In this document: piece by piece, positions 28,719 to 39,348 of the stretch
How positions within the stretch are numbered: the stretch's first letter is position 1
Layout of the letters: each line of letters begins with the position of its first letter
NCBI GenBank assembly: GCA_963718665.1
Contig: OY970359.1
Span: 1,056,001-1,120,000, forward strand
Source: an uncultured Phycisphaerales bacterium
Lineage (GTDB): Bacteria > Planctomycetota > Phycisphaerae > Sedimentisphaerales > Anaerobacaceae
Reading direction: 5' to 3'
Length of the DNA stretch: 64,000 nt
The notes under the pieces: model-generated
Database searches by the model: none
Told to the model about the DNA's origin: nothing
What the model saw: the letters and a program-made list of their open reading frames with translations, nothing else
Program-made: the position numbers and the translations under genes

Positions 28719-31700
28719 TTATTCTATTGTAAATTCGTAAATACTGATGCTAAGCGCGGGCGATTTAAGTTTATTCGATAATCCTTCGACGGTTTTCCCC
28801 TCGATTGTTACCATCGGCTTTTTGCCCGGCACATTACACGCAAGGGGGTCGGTGCCTGTGATAACCCAGAGTTTTCCCTTGTCGGCGACCTTAATGCCTT
28901 TCAACACCAATGGCAAATCACGCTGTTTATCCGTCGGGTTGACAACCGCGATGGTTATCGCCTTGCGGTCGCTCTTTAATGCCGCCGCGACATCGAGAGG
29001 CCATATATTACTGGCTTTAACCTCAACAGGTATTTCGCCGAAGTGCTGCCTGTAAAGTTTCAGCGTAACTCCCGTGGTATCGAGAATTGACGTGGTGCGG
29101 GATGTTTTGATTGCGCCGATGACGTTGACCGTCTGGGCGTAGTTGGCCATAAAGTAAATATCACTGTTTCTGAAATACTCGTGCAGGCCGGTCGCGACGC
29201 CGAGCGCGTCTTTGAGATGATACTGCACCCCCAGCTCGCCGTAGATGTAATTGCCATACCAGTAGTTCCATTCATCCATCGCTATGCGGATATCTTTGCC
29301 CGCAAGCTCATTAACATCCCTGCGATATTTTCTGTGCGCATCCGCCACCCGTTTTATTTCGTTGGCAAGCTGTTTAGTATGTTTGATGACATCTTTATTT
29401 TCTTTGCAGTAGATGTGTTCACTGATAAGGTTCATATACCCCGAGCAAACCTTCAGCATCGTTTCGCTCCATTTGCCGACGCTGCCTACGCCGACGAGTT
29501 TGGCGCTGGGGTCAACCTTCCAGATTGCCTCGGCCACAAGGTTGTGTTTTTTTACGTATTCCGCCAAAGGTATATGCCCCAGTTGCCAGTCGCCAAACAT
29601 TTCGTTGCCCACTGCCCACCATTTGACGCCCCACGGCTCAGGATGACCATTCTGCGCCCGCAGTTTACCCATCGGCGTGTCTGCCGAGCCGTTGAAATAC
29701 TCAACTTCTGCCGCTGCTTCCTCAATAGTTCCGCGACCTGTATTAATCGCGACATAGGGTTGGGCCCCGATGAGTCCCATCAAGTCCATAAATTCGTGTA
29801 TGCCTACGTCGTTGTGCTCGATGCCTTTCCACGCGGGGTTTTTGCGGGGCGGCCTTTTATCCTGCTCGCCAATGCCGTCGCGCCAGTTGTAGCCGCTGAC
29901 GAAATTGCCGCCCGGCCAGCGGTATATCGGCGAATCAAGCTCCCTGAGCAACGCGACGACGTCGCTTCGCCAGCCCTTGATGTTATCCGCGGGCATAAGC
30001 GATAGTGTCCCTATTCTGACTGTCCCTTTGCCTTTGCCGACAATTTCCAGCCGAACGTTGTCACTCGATTCCGGCGCGGTGAAAGCGAAAAGGTATGGCT
30101 TGAATTCCGGGCTTATTTTACCGACGTCGATATTAATCGCATCACCAGTATCGGGCACGATACGCACAATGACAGGCCCGGCGGATTTGTCTCCGGCGAG
30201 TATAATCCTGCCCATGTACCCTTTATCCTTCACAATCGCCAAACCATCCTGCGAAATGCCGGCCTCGTTGCCGTCGTCGGTAAGGTGAATGGCCGGCGTA
30301 TGGCTGCCGACGTACGGGTTATTCGTATCCATCGTTACTGTGCCCGCAGGCCCGATTACCTTCCACGGCGAGGTCTTGAGATATTTATACAGCCCGGTGT
30401 TCCATTGCGGGTCCTTATCTGTCCCCCACGGATTGTATTTATCCGTGATTGGGTAGAAAAATTTGCGGTCCTCCAGCATCTCCGCCCATAGCCCGCCGTA
30501 AATGCACCGGCCGAGGTGCTCGATGAACTGCCCGTATATGTATTTCGATATCGGCTCCCTGGTTTTGGCCGCATCGATTTCGACCTTCGTCAGCATTTCT
30601 TCAGACGGTTTTGTCAGCCACACCGCCATCGGTCCCTGGACGCGGTTCGCCCAGGCGTAATACGGAATCATCGTTAAATCGTTCCGTGAGCCATCGGGCG
30701 AAATTGCCCTTGCGTGTACTATCATGATGCCGCCTAACAAGTCCTTAATCAAGTCGCACCATAACGGCACTTCGTCAATAAGAGATAAGTTGAGAACATT
30801 CGCGTCGCTGCCGGGCCACTCCGCGCAATAAACTATCGGCCCCTTTTCAACCGCCATCCTGCCCGCGTCCGCGGCGACATTGAGATTCGCGACGACGTAT
30901 CTGGCGGGCATAGGCATCTCCATCTCGATAACGTCACGCTTTTGCCACTGCCGGTCGATGAACGCGAATCCGTTTTTAATATCGGGCCTAATAACCTGAC
31001 CATCGAGCTTGAATTCAATCGGCGAGACATTGCTGTCGATATAACTATACAAATCGCTGGGCACGGGTCTGCCCTGCGTCCAGCCGGGAATTCTAACAGC
31101 CACTGCAAATTTCCCTGTCCCCGCCGGCTCAACGGTTATCTTCACCGCGCCGTCCCATGGGTACCATGTCTCCTGTTTGATTCGCACGGTGTTACTTTGC
31201 AGCTTGATTGTCGTTTCGGAGGCGACGAACAAATTCACATATATCGTATCGTCTGCTTTTGCGAAAATATATCCCGGCAGTGAAGCGATGAACCTCGCTA
31301 TATTAGGCGGGCAGCAGGCACAGCCAAACCATGATTCGCGTTTATGCTGCCCGTTTGATTCAAGAGGGTTAACATAAAAGAATTTATCTCCGCTCAGCGA
31401 CACTCCTGAAATAAGGCCGTTGTAAATCGTTTTCTCGAACACGTCGAGATACTTCGCCTCGCCCGTCAGCCGGAACATTTTGTAATTCCACATCGCGCCG
31501 CCTATTGCCGCACACGTTTCGCAGTAGGCAGTCGCATTCGGCAGCTCATAATTCTTTCCGAATGCCTCGCCATCGCCTTTTGCCCCAAGTCCTCCCGTGA
31601 TATACATTTTTTTGCCGACGACGTTATCCCATAGCCGCTTGACCGCGTCGGCGTATCTTTCGTCGCCAGTCAGCGCGGCGATATCCGTCATCCCCCCGTA

Positions 31701-32552
31701 CATATACATCGCCCGCACCGCGTGCCCGACCGCCTCATTTTGGTCAACGGGTTTTTTGTTCGCCTGGTTATATTCGCCGCCGCCAGGCCCGCGAACATCC
31801 AAAAAGAACTTAGCCAGATTCAAATACTTCTCGTTGCCCGTCACCCGGTAGAGCTTGACCAATCCCATTTCAACTTCCTCGTGTCCCGGCCATTTGCGCA
31901 ACTTGTTCGGCCCGAACGTTTTATCCAGCAAATCCGCGTTCTTTATCGCGATATCGAGCAGGTTGTGTTTACCTGTTGCGAGATAATGTGCTGCCGCCGC
32001 CTCATACAGATGCCCGACGTTATAAAGCTCGTGGCTTCCGTCTAATTTTGACCAACGTTCGTTGCCGAACCAGTTCTCTAACCTTTTGGTCTTTGTAGTT
32101 CTCGCCGTGTATAAATAGCCGTCCTTCTCCTGTGCCGCGGCGATTTTAGCAATCACTTCATCGAGATATTTCTCCAGGTTCGGGTCCGGATACGCGCTTA
32201 GCGAATAAGATGCCGCCTCGATGCTCTTATAAACATCCGAATCATCGAACGGGTATTGTCCGCAGAATTGTCCTTCTTTCAGCCCGCCTGCTACGGCGAA
32301 ATTATCAATCCGCCCTGTCTTCTCGCACGCATTGAGGATATGCGGTATCGTTACCTTGCGGTTCGTTTCAATCCTCGGCTTCCAGAACTTGTCCGTCAAA
32401 CTCACATCCGTCAGCGGCACCGCCTCAATCGGGTAATCTTTCTTCAGCTTGACTAATTTGCCGCGAGATGCTCCTGTTTCACATCCGCCTGCTGTCAGCC
32501 CAAGAGCAATTGCGAGAATTGTCAAAATCGCGGTTATGCGTATGCCGTTCAT
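28719..32552 (-). CDS. Lipoprotein fusion of GH127 beta-L-arabinofuranosidase and GH51 alpha-L-arabinofuranosidase
   Basis: Lipobox AGGC; GH127 motifs GHAVRAMY, YCETCA, CACCPPN, IPYYAWANR; GH51 motifs YGQFIEHLGRCIYGG, RWPGGNF, VGNE, DEWN, AQTVNVI. Confidence 0.9.
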   Translation of the reverse strand: MNGIRITAILTILAIALGLTAGGCETGASRGKLVKLKKDYPIEAVPLTDVSLTDKFWKPRIETNRKVTIPHILNACEKTGRIDNFAVAGGLKEGQFCGQYPFDDSDVYKSIEAASYSLSAYPDPNLEKYLDEVIAKIAAAQEKDGYLYTARTTKTKRLENWFGNERWSKLDGSHELYNVGHLYEAAAAHYLATGKHNLLDIAIKNADLLDKTFGPNKLRKWPGHEEVEMGLVKLYRVTGNEKYLNLAKFFLDVRGPGGGEYNQANKKPVDQNEAVGHAVRAMYMYGGMTDIAALTGDERYADAVKRLWDNVVGKKMYITGGLGAKGDGEAFGKNYELPNATAYCETCAAIGGAMWNYKMFRLTGEAKYLDVFEKTIYNGLISGVSLSGDKFFYVNPLESNGQHKRESWFGCACCPPNIARFIASLPGYIFAKADDTIYVNLFVASETTIKLQSNTVRIKQETWYPWDGAVKITVEPAGTGKFAVAVRIPGWTQGRPVPSDLYSYIDSNVSPIEFKLDGQVIRPDIKNGFAFIDRQWQKRDVIEMEMPMPARYVVANLNVAADAGRMAVEKGPIVYCAEWPGSDANVLNLSLIDEVPLWCDLIKDLLGGIMIVHARAISPDGSRNDLTMIPYYAWANRVQGPMAVWLTKPSEEMLTKVEIDAAKTREPISKYIYGQFIEHLGRCIYGGLWAEMLEDRKFFYPITDKYNPWGTDKDPQWNTGLYKYLKTSPWKVIGPAGTVTMDTNNPYVGSHTPAIHLTDDGNEAGISQDGLAIVKDKGYMGRIILAGDKSAGPVIVRIVPDTGDAINIDVGKISPEFKPYLFAFTAPESSDNVRLEIVGKGKGTVRIGTLSLMPADNIKGWRSDVVALLRELDSPIYRWPGGNFVSGYNWRDGIGEQDKRPPRKNPAWKGIEHNDVGIHEFMDLMGLIGAQPYVAINTGRGTIEEAAAEVEYFNGSADTPMGKLRAQNGHPEPWGVKWWAVGNEMFGDWQLGHIPLAEYVKKHNLVAEAIWKVDPSAKLVGVGSVGKWSETMLKVCSGYMNLISEHIYCKENKDVIKHTKQLANEIKRVADAHRKYRRDVNELAGKDIRIAMDEWNYWYGNYIYGELGVQYHLKDALGVATGLHEYFRNSDIYFMANYAQTVNVIGAIKTSRTTSILDTTGVTLKLYRQHFGEIPVEVKASNIWPLDVAAALKSDRKAITIAVVNPTDKQRDLPLVLKGIKVADKGKLWVITGTDPLACNVPGKKPMVTIEGKTVEGLSNKLKSPALSISIYEFTIE

Positions 32553-32623
32553 AATGCCTCCTTTGCATTTTTTATTTATTGGAACAAAATTCCGCAACAT
32601 TTAAGGCAGATTATAAGGTGTGC

Positions 32624-33565
32624 TTACCCAAAGTGCAATTCGACAATATCCTTGTCGTTGAGGACGTGATTACGCTGGACGCTCTGACCTTCGTAAACGC
32701 CTGTCCCCCAGATTCTGGCGTGCTTGAGTTTTTCCGCAAGCTCTCTGTGAATCACCCTGGCTAAATCCAGCACTGTTGACCCTTCAGGTATTGTAAACGG
32801 CTCATTCATATCGGGTTTTTTCCCGGGCGGCTTGGCATATACCCTGATAATTCCCAGCAGCTTAAACAGCATTGCCGGCAGCTCACCCATTCCTTCGCCG
32901 GTATCAACCGAAACAGCGATTATCTCAAAGCGGTTATCGCAAAATTGTTTAACCTTATCAATTGAGCCATTGCCCGCAATATCACTTTTGGTGCAAATGC
33001 ACACGGTTTTTTTGGCCGGCAGCAAATTTCTCGTCTCAAGAAAATCAAGGCAAACCTTCCATTGCTCTTCAACGTCAGCCGACAAATCAATCACAATCGC
33101 GATTAAATCGCAGTTTCGATATGTCCCAATCTGTCCGGGCATAACAATTTCAGCGGTGATGGGCGGCATATCCACAAGCTCAATCGGAACATCCTCGAAT
33201 TTCATCACCCCGGGTACAGGCACATTTGTCGCAAACGGAAAATCCGCAATGTGGACCTTCGCGTCGGTCAGCAATCCAACAATCGAGCTTTTGCCTGAGT
33301 TCGGCATACCGAGCAGGACAACCTGGCCCGCACCTGTGCGGGGGATGTGAAAGATATCCACGCCGCCGCTTTTGTGTCGTTTTTCCTCGCCCTCCTTCAA
33401 TGCGCTGAGCTTTTGTCGAAGGTCCGCCTTGAGCTTGTCGGTTCCCTTGTGCTTGGGCATCACCGCCAGCATCTGCTCAAGCGCAAGGATCTTCTCCTGG
33501 GTCGTAGTTGCCGACCGATACCACTGCTCCGCCTTAAAATAGTCAGGCGTCAAATTTGCCGGCAT
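32624..33565 (-). CDS. DRG-like OBG-family GTPase with TGS domain
   Basis: MPANL, PKHKGT, GMPNSGKSS, TKSD, IRVY.K.P and C-terminal TGS (HVL.D.DIVELH). Confidence 0.9.
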   Translation of the reverse strand: MPANLTPDYFKAEQWYRSATTTQEKILALEQMLAVMPKHKGTDKLKADLRQKLSALKEGEEKRHKSGGVDIFHIPRTGAGQVVLLGMPNSGKSSIVGLLTDAKVHIADFPFATNVPVPGVMKFEDVPIELVDMPPITAEIVMPGQIGTYRNCDLIAIVIDLSADVEEQWKVCLDFLETRNLLPAKKTVCICTKSDIAGNGSIDKVKQFCDNRFEIIAVSVDTGEGMGELPAMLFKLLGIIRVYAKPPGKKPDMNEPFTIPEGSTVLDLARVIHRELAEKLKHARIWGTGVYEGQSVQRNHVLNDKDIVELHFG

Positions 33566-33596
33566 TTTCTAAAATCCGAAACAGGTTTTTAGCTGA

Positions 33597-34691
33597 TTAC
33601 TTTATATTTTCCGCAACAAGGTCGCCGACCTGGTTGGTCGAATAGCCCATCTTTCCTGCGGCTAATGATTTCAGCTTATTGGCCGTGACGAATTTTACTG
33701 AGTCCTCGATAGCATTCGCTGCTTTTTGCTCGCCGAGGGTCTCAAGCATCATCCCGCCCGCGCAAATCGCCGCCAACGGATTGATGACGGCTTTACCAGT
33801 GTATTTCGGTGCGCTGCCGCCTATCGGCTCGAACATGCTGACGCCTTCGGGATTGATATTGCCGCCAGCGGCGATTCCCATACCGCCCTGAATCATCGCG
33901 CCGAGGTCGGTGATGATGTCGCCGAACAGGTTGCCCGTAACAATCACGTCAAACCATTCGGGGTTTTTCACGAACCACATACAGGTTGCATCAACGTGAT
34001 AGTACTCGCGCTTGATATTCGGGTATTCCTTTTGACCCATTTCGTGGAATGCTCTTTCCCACAAATCATAAATGAAGGTCAGGACGTTCGTCTTGCCGCA
34101 AAGCGCAAGCGTGTTGTTTTCGCCTTTGCCTCTTGCCTTTTTGCCGTTTTTCTTTGCGTATTCGAATGCGTATTTCAGGCATCTATCGACCTGGAAGCGA
34201 GAGTAAACCGATGACTGTACCGCGACCTCGTGGGGCGTTCCTTTCATCGTAATGCCGCCCGTGCCTGTATATGCGTCGCCGGAGTTTTCACGCACGACGA
34301 CAAAATCAATCTGCTCAGGCCCTTTACCCTTTATAGGCGTCTCAACGCCGGGATATAATCTTACCGGGCGCAGGTTGATATACTGGTCAAGTTCGAACCG
34401 TAATTTTAATAAGATGCCTTTTTCCAAAATCCCCGGCTTAACGTCCGGATGACCGATTGCGCCCAGCAGTATCGAATCGAATTTGCACAGTTCAGCAATT
34501 GCGCTATCGGGCAGCGTTTCACCTGTTCTTTTGTATCTTTCGCCGCCGAAATCGAAAGGCGTCAAATCCAGCTTAAAGCCGAATTTTGCCGCAGCCGTAT
34601 TGATGACCTTTACCGCTTCCGCCGTAACTTCCGGCCCGGTGCCATCACCGCCTATCACGGCTATCTTGTAACTCTTAACACTTTTTGCCAC
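33597..34691 (-). CDS. leuB: 3-isopropylmalate dehydrogenase
   Basis: [25 protein letters not shown] and FEPIGGSAP motifs; leu operon context. Confidence 0.95.
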   Translation of the reverse strand: MAKSVKSYKIAVIGGDGTGPEVTAEAVKVINTAAAKFGFKLDLTPFDFGGERYKRTGETLPDSAIAELCKFDSILLGAIGHPDVKPGILEKGILLKLRFELDQYINLRPVRLYPGVETPIKGKGPEQIDFVVVRENSGDAYTGTGGITMKGTPHEVAVQSSVYSRFQVDRCLKYAFEYAKKNGKKARGKGENNTLALCGKTNVLTFIYDLWERAFHEMGQKEYPNIKREYYHVDATCMWFVKNPEWFDVIVTGNLFGDIITDLGAMIQGGMGIAAGGNINPEGVSMFEPIGGSAPKYTGKAVINPLAAICAGGMMLETLGEQKAANAIEDSVKFVTANKLKSLAAGKMGYSTNQVGDLVAENIK

Positions 34692-34724
34692 GTCTTTTTC
34701 TCCTTTATTTCAATTTGTGGTTTG

Positions 34725-35207
34725 TTATTTACTTTTCTTTATATATTCGAGCAGTCCGCCATCTCTGATTATCTCTAAGGCAAATTGAGGCAAAGGCCGA
34801 AACTCGATTCGTTGGCCATTGGTCTTGTCCTCGATTATACCTTTATCGTAATCGATTTGCACCTCGTCACCGTCGCTGATTCGCTCGACCGCGTCTTTGC
34901 TCTCGATTGTGTAAAATCCGCAGTCAATCGCATTGCGGTAGAATATCCGCGCAAATGTCCTGGCGATTACCGTTTGCACACCCGCTCCGCGAATTGCCCA
35001 TACGGCATGCTCTCTCGACGAGCCGCAGCCGAAGTCATCGCCAGCGACAATTACGTCACCCTTGCTTAGCTTCTTTACAAACCCGGCGTCCAAATCTTCC
35101 ATACAATGCTTCGCAAGTTCCTGCTCGTTGTCGGTATTCAAATACCTGGCCGGTATTATCTCATCCGTGTTTATATGGTCTCTTTTATATACATTCGCCT
35201 TACTCAT
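34725..35207 (-). CDS. leuD: 3-isopropylmalate dehydratase small subunit
   Basis: INTDEIIPARYL, FGCGSSREHA, FARIFYRN. Confidence 0.95.
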   Translation of the reverse strand: MSKANVYKRDHINTDEIIPARYLNTDNEQELAKHCMEDLDAGFVKKLSKGDVIVAGDDFGCGSSREHAVWAIRGAGVQTVIARTFARIFYRNAIDCGFYTIESKDAVERISDGDEVQIDYDKGIIEDKTNGQRIEFRPLPQFALEIIRDGGLLEYIKKSK

Positions 35208-35230
35208 TTTTCTCCTCACTTCGACATTCA

Positions 35231-36493
35231 TTAAATATATTTTCTGCAATCTGTTAATTTTCCTTCGATAGCGCTTGCTGCCGCTGTGGCAGGACTTGCG
35301 AGATATACTTCACTCTTGGGACTTCCCATTCTGCCGACGAAGTTGCGATTGGTCGTGCTGACGCACTTCTCACCAGCGGCGAGAATTCCCATAAATCCGC
35401 CCAGACACGCGCCGCAGGTCGGCGCGGAGATTACGCAGCCGGCCTTATAGAAGACGCCGAATAGTCCTTCGTCATCCGCCTGTTTCCAGATTGTAGGCGT
35501 CGCGGGCACAATTATCGTGCGAATCTTCACCTCTTTGCCCTTCATAATCTTCGCGGCAATCCTGAGGTCTTCAATTCGTCCGTTAGTGCAGCTTCCGATA
35601 TACGCCTGGTCCATAGCCATACCTTTGCATTCGCTAATCGGCTTGGCGTTGCTCGGCAGATGCGGCATAGCGACCATCGGCTCTAACTTCGAGCAGTCAA
35701 ACTCCTCAACCGATGAATATTCCGCGTCGGCATCTGATTCGAATACCTTATAGGTCTTCTTGTCTTTTAGATGCGTGGCAAGATATTTCTTCGTCACGCT
35801 GTCAAAACCGATGATGCCGTTTTTCGCGCCTGCCTCGATTGCCATATTGGTGATGGTCATCCTTGCCTCCATCGACATATTCTTCAACGCAGGTCCGACG
35901 AATTCCATCGCTTTATAAAGCGCACCATCCACACCAATCCTCGTTATCACCGCGAGGATTACGTCCTTGCTGTAAACGCCGTGAGACAGTTTGCCGTTCA
36001 AAACAAACTTTATTGATTCCGGCACCCTGAACCAAAGTTCGCCCGTGGCGATTGACGCGGCTAAATCCGTCGAGCCGATACCTGTGCTGAACGCCGCGAA
36101 CGCGCCATAAGTGCAGGTATGCGAATCGCCGCCCACGATTACCTCGCCGGGCCTGATATGCCCTTGCTCTGGAAGTAACGCGTGGCATACGCCCACCCTG
36201 CCGAGCTTATAGTAGTATCTGATTTTATGGCGCCTCGCCCATTCATCAAGGCGCTTATGCAGCTCCGCGCTTTTGATGTCCTTTGCCGGCTGAAAATGGT
36301 CGGGCGTTACGACAATCTTGTTCTTGTCGAATACCTTATCGATTCCCTTTTCAATCAGCATCGATATCGCCGCCGGCGTCGTTACGTCGTGGCACATCAC
36401 CACATCAATCTTCGCGTTGATAAGCTCGCCTGCTTTTACAGTTTTGTTTCCACTCGCCCTTGCGAGGATTTTCTCTGTTATTGTCATTCCCAT
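35231..36493 (-). CDS. leuC: 3-isopropylmalate dehydratase large subunit
   Basis: [37 protein letters not shown]. Confidence 0.95.
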   Translation of the reverse strand: MGMTITEKILARASGNKTVKAGELINAKIDVVMCHDVTTPAAISMLIEKGIDKVFDKNKIVVTPDHFQPAKDIKSAELHKRLDEWARRHKIRYYYKLGRVGVCHALLPEQGHIRPGEVIVGGDSHTCTYGAFAAFSTGIGSTDLAASIATGELWFRVPESIKFVLNGKLSHGVYSKDVILAVITRIGVDGALYKAMEFVGPALKNMSMEARMTITNMAIEAGAKNGIIGFDSVTKKYLATHLKDKKTYKVFESDADAEYSSVEEFDCSKLEPMVAMPHLPSNAKPISECKGMAMDQAYIGSCTNGRIEDLRIAAKIMKGKEVKIRTIIVPATPTIWKQADDEGLFGVFYKAGCVISAPTCGACLGGFMGILAAGEKCVSTTNRNFVGRMGSPKSEVYLASPATAAASAIEGKLTDCRKYI

Positions 36494-36517
36494 CGTTCCG
36501 TTTCCTTTGTCTTTAAT

Positions 36518-36543
36518 GTCATTCCTGCGAAAGCAGGAATCCA
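36518..36543. repeat. REP-like palindrome GTCATTCCTGCGAAAGCAGGAATCCA
   Basis: Same family as 21823-21847, located between leuA and leuC. Confidence 0.8.
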
Positions 36544-36568
36544 TTCTGCCTTTTTCCTTTTTACCTTC

Positions 36569-38131
36569 TTAAAGTTCCGCTTTAGCTCCCGGCTCTTCAG
36601 CGCCGGGGCTGCCGACCATTCTGTTAATAGCGTCAATATACGCCTTTGCGCTTGCCTCGATGATGTCCGTCGAGACGCCTCTGCCGACAAACGTGCGACC
36701 ATCGGTTTTTATTTTCACCGTCGCTTCGCCGAGGGCTTCTTTGCCGCTTGTAACGGCACGTATCGAGTAGCTCTCTAATTTCGGCGAGAAACCAGTCGCC
36801 TCGCGTATCGCGTTATAGGCGGCGTCAACAGGCCCATCGCCGTCGGCTTGTGCCTCTTTAACTTCGCCTTTGGTTTTTATCTTCACGGCAGCAGTCGGTG
36901 CGTTGCCCGTCTCGATGAGCACGCGTAAATACTCAAGCGTAAAGGTATGCTCGACCGCACGCACCTCATCATCGATAATCGCGACAAGGTCCTCATCGAA
37001 CACCTCTTTTTTCTTGTCCGCCACCTGCAAAAACTTCTGATACGCCTGCTCAACTTCATCCTTGCTGAGCTTATAGCCGAGTTTCTTGCAATGGTCCGTG
37101 AACCCATGCCTGCCCGTATGCCTGCCAAGCACCATTCTTGAACCGGCAAGCCCAATCGTCTCAGGCGTCATTATCTCGTATGTCTTGCGTTCCTTTAGGA
37201 CGCCATCCACGTGCACACCCGATTCGTGGGCAAAGGCATTGGCACCGACAATCGCCTTATTCGGCTGAATGACAAATCCCGTCAGGCGAGACACAAGCTG
37301 GCTCGTCCGGAAAATCTCGGTTGTTTTGATGCCGGTCGTGAGTGGTTTTCCACCCGATGCTTTTGTGAAAAAGTCGGGCCTGGTATGTATCGCCATCACG
37401 ACTTCTTCGAGCGCGGCATTTCCAGCCCGTTCGCCAAGTCCGTTTATCGAGCATTCCACCTGTCTTGCGCCGTTTCTCACGCCTGCCAGCGAATTCGCAA
37501 CCGCCTGGCCCAGGTCGTTATGACAATGCGTGCTGATTACCGTCTTGTCGACGCCGGGGACACCGGCGACAAGCTGGGCGATAATCTGGCCGTATTCGTA
37601 AGGCAATACATAACCCACTGTATCCGGGATGTTCAGCGTCGTTGCGCCGGCTTCAATCACGGCGGTCAAAATCTCAATCAAAAACGGCATTTCGCTGCGA
37701 CAGGCATCCTCAGGCGAAAACTCAACGTCATCGGTAAAGCTCTTCGCTAACTTCACCGCCGCGACAGCCATCTTCAGCACCTCAGCGGGGGTCTTGTTGA
37801 GCTTGTGCTTCATATGTATCGGGCTTGTCGCGATAAACGTATGTATGCGTCGTTTCTTCGCGGGCGCAAGGGCCTTGCCAGCCGAGGTGATATCGGCTTC
37901 GTGAGCGCGGGCGAGGCCGCAAATCGTCGAGTTCTTTACCTGTTCGGCTATAAGTTTTGTCGCGTCAAACTGTGCGGGCGATGAGACCGGGAAACCCGCC
38001 TCGATGACGTCCACGCCCAAAAGCGCCAATTGCTGGGCGATTTCGAGCTTTTCAGCCACCGAAAGCGATGCGCCGGGCGCCTGTTCGCCGTCACGTAAGG
38101 TCGTGTCGAATATTATCACTTTGTCCTGCAT
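36569..38131 (-). CDS. leuA: 2-isopropylmalate synthase
   Basis: [30 protein letters not shown] and GDGPVDA motifs. Confidence 0.97.
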   Translation of the reverse strand: MQDKVIIFDTTLRDGEQAPGASLSVAEKLEIAQQLALLGVDVIEAGFPVSSPAQFDATKLIAEQVKNSTICGLARAHEADITSAGKALAPAKKRRIHTFIATSPIHMKHKLNKTPAEVLKMAVAAVKLAKSFTDDVEFSPEDACRSEMPFLIEILTAVIEAGATTLNIPDTVGYVLPYEYGQIIAQLVAGVPGVDKTVISTHCHNDLGQAVANSLAGVRNGARQVECSINGLGERAGNAALEEVVMAIHTRPDFFTKASGGKPLTTGIKTTEIFRTSQLVSRLTGFVIQPNKAIVGANAFAHESGVHVDGVLKERKTYEIMTPETIGLAGSRMVLGRHTGRHGFTDHCKKLGYKLSKDEVEQAYQKFLQVADKKKEVFDEDLVAIIDDEVRAVEHTFTLEYLRVLIETGNAPTAAVKIKTKGEVKEAQADGDGPVDAAYNAIREATGFSPKLESYSIRAVTSGKEALGEATVKIKTDGRTFVGRGVSTDIIEASAKAYIDAINRMVGSPGAEEPGAKAEL

Positions 38132-38255
38132 TGTTTTATCTCCAAGTTCTTATACTGTCGGAAGTTAGGCAACCATTATGCCCTAAAACGGGCAGAAAAG
38201 CTACCGCTTTGTTTAAAGATTGAAAATAGGAAATCGAATTGTAGTACTATCGTTT

Positions 38256-38336
38256 TTATGCGCCTTGACGGCGCAGAATAAGAGCGAGGGCGATTAGCCC
38301 GGCAGGAACTACAAAATTTGTAAAGCTCTTAGTCAT
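38256..38336 (-). promoter_or_regulatory. Putative leucine-responsive leader peptide ORF of the leu operon
   Basis: MTKSFTNFVVPAGLIALALILRRQGA* with Leu codons CTA/CTC/CTT/CTG clustered, followed by hairpin TGCGCC-GTCAA-GGCGCA. Confidence 0.65.
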
Positions 38337-38345
38337 ATCAATTAT

Positions 38346-38373
38346 ATTATACGGCATATCGTCAGCTTTGCAA
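38346..38373 (-). promoter_or_regulatory. Sigma70-type promoter of the leu leader
   Basis: TTGCAA-16 nt-TATAAT, 9 nt before the leader ATG. Confidence 0.55.
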
Positions 38374-38398
38374 CAGTAATTATTAAAAAAAATGTTGG

Positions 38399-39331
38399 CT
38401 AAAGCAGCTTGTCAACTTTGGCGACGAGGTCTTTGACGTGGCTGACCGAGGTGTCGAATTCCTTATGTTCATCGGCGTTGAGGTTTAATTCGACGACTTT
38501 TTCGACGCCTGCTTTGCCGAGCACCGCGGGGACGCCGACGAAATAACCGCCTACGTTGTATTCCTTTTGGCAATAGACGCAGCAGGTTATCACGCTGCGG
38601 CTATTGCTCGTAATCGCCTCCGCCATTTTAACGACTCCCGCGGCTGGTGCGTAATGTGCGCTTGAGCCGAGCAGGTCAACGATTTCGATGCCGCCTTTTC
38701 TTGCGCGTTCAATCAGCCGGGCGATTGTTTCTTTGGGCAATAGCTCGGTGATTGATATTCCCGCGACGGTTGTGAACCGAGGCAGCGGGACCATATCATC
38801 GCCGTGGCCTCCCATCAGTATGCCGCGAATGTCCTCGCTGCTGATGTTTAATTCGGTCGCGACAAAATGGCAGAATCTTGCGACGTCGAGAGCCCCTGCC
38901 ATTCCCATTACCCTGTTCTTCGCAAAGCCCGTAACCTTCGACGCGACATATACCATCGCGTCGAGGGGGTTCGATACCACGATGACGATTGCCTGGGGAC
39001 AATATTTGGCGACTTTTTCGCTTACGTTTTTGACAATCTGGACGTTCTTTGCGAGCAAATCATCCCTGCTCATCCCCGGCTTTCGCGCAAGGCCGCTTGT
39101 GATTACGACGATTGAGCTGTCCTGTGCGGCTGCCCAGTCGGTCGTGCCCGTTATTTTGCAGCTATAACCCTGCACCGGGCCTGCTTCTGCCATATCGAGG
39201 GCCTTACCCTCTGCCAATCCTTTTACGATATCGATAAGAACGATGTCACCCAGTTTGCGCGAGGCCGCGATATGTGCCGTTGTCGCACCGACGTTGCCCG
39301 CACCTACGACTGTTAGTTTGTTGACGCTCAC
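38399..39331 (-). CDS. mdh: Malate dehydrogenase (LDH-like)
   Basis: VVGAGNVG, ARKPGMSRDDL, NPLDAM and GGHGD motifs. Confidence 0.95.
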   Translation of the reverse strand: MSVNKLTVVGAGNVGATTAHIAASRKLGDIVLIDIVKGLAEGKALDMAEAGPVQGYSCKITGTTDWAAAQDSSIVVITSGLARKPGMSRDDLLAKNVQIVKNVSEKVAKYCPQAIVIVVSNPLDAMVYVASKVTGFAKNRVMGMAGALDVARFCHFVATELNISSEDIRGILMGGHGDDMVPLPRFTTVAGISITELLPKETIARLIERARKGGIEIVDLLGSSAHYAPAAGVVKMAEAITSNSRSVITCCVYCQKEYNVGGYFVGVPAVLGKAGVEKVVELNLNADEHKEFDTSVSHVKDLVAKVDKLL

Positions 39332-39348
39332 GATATTCTCCTTTTTAT

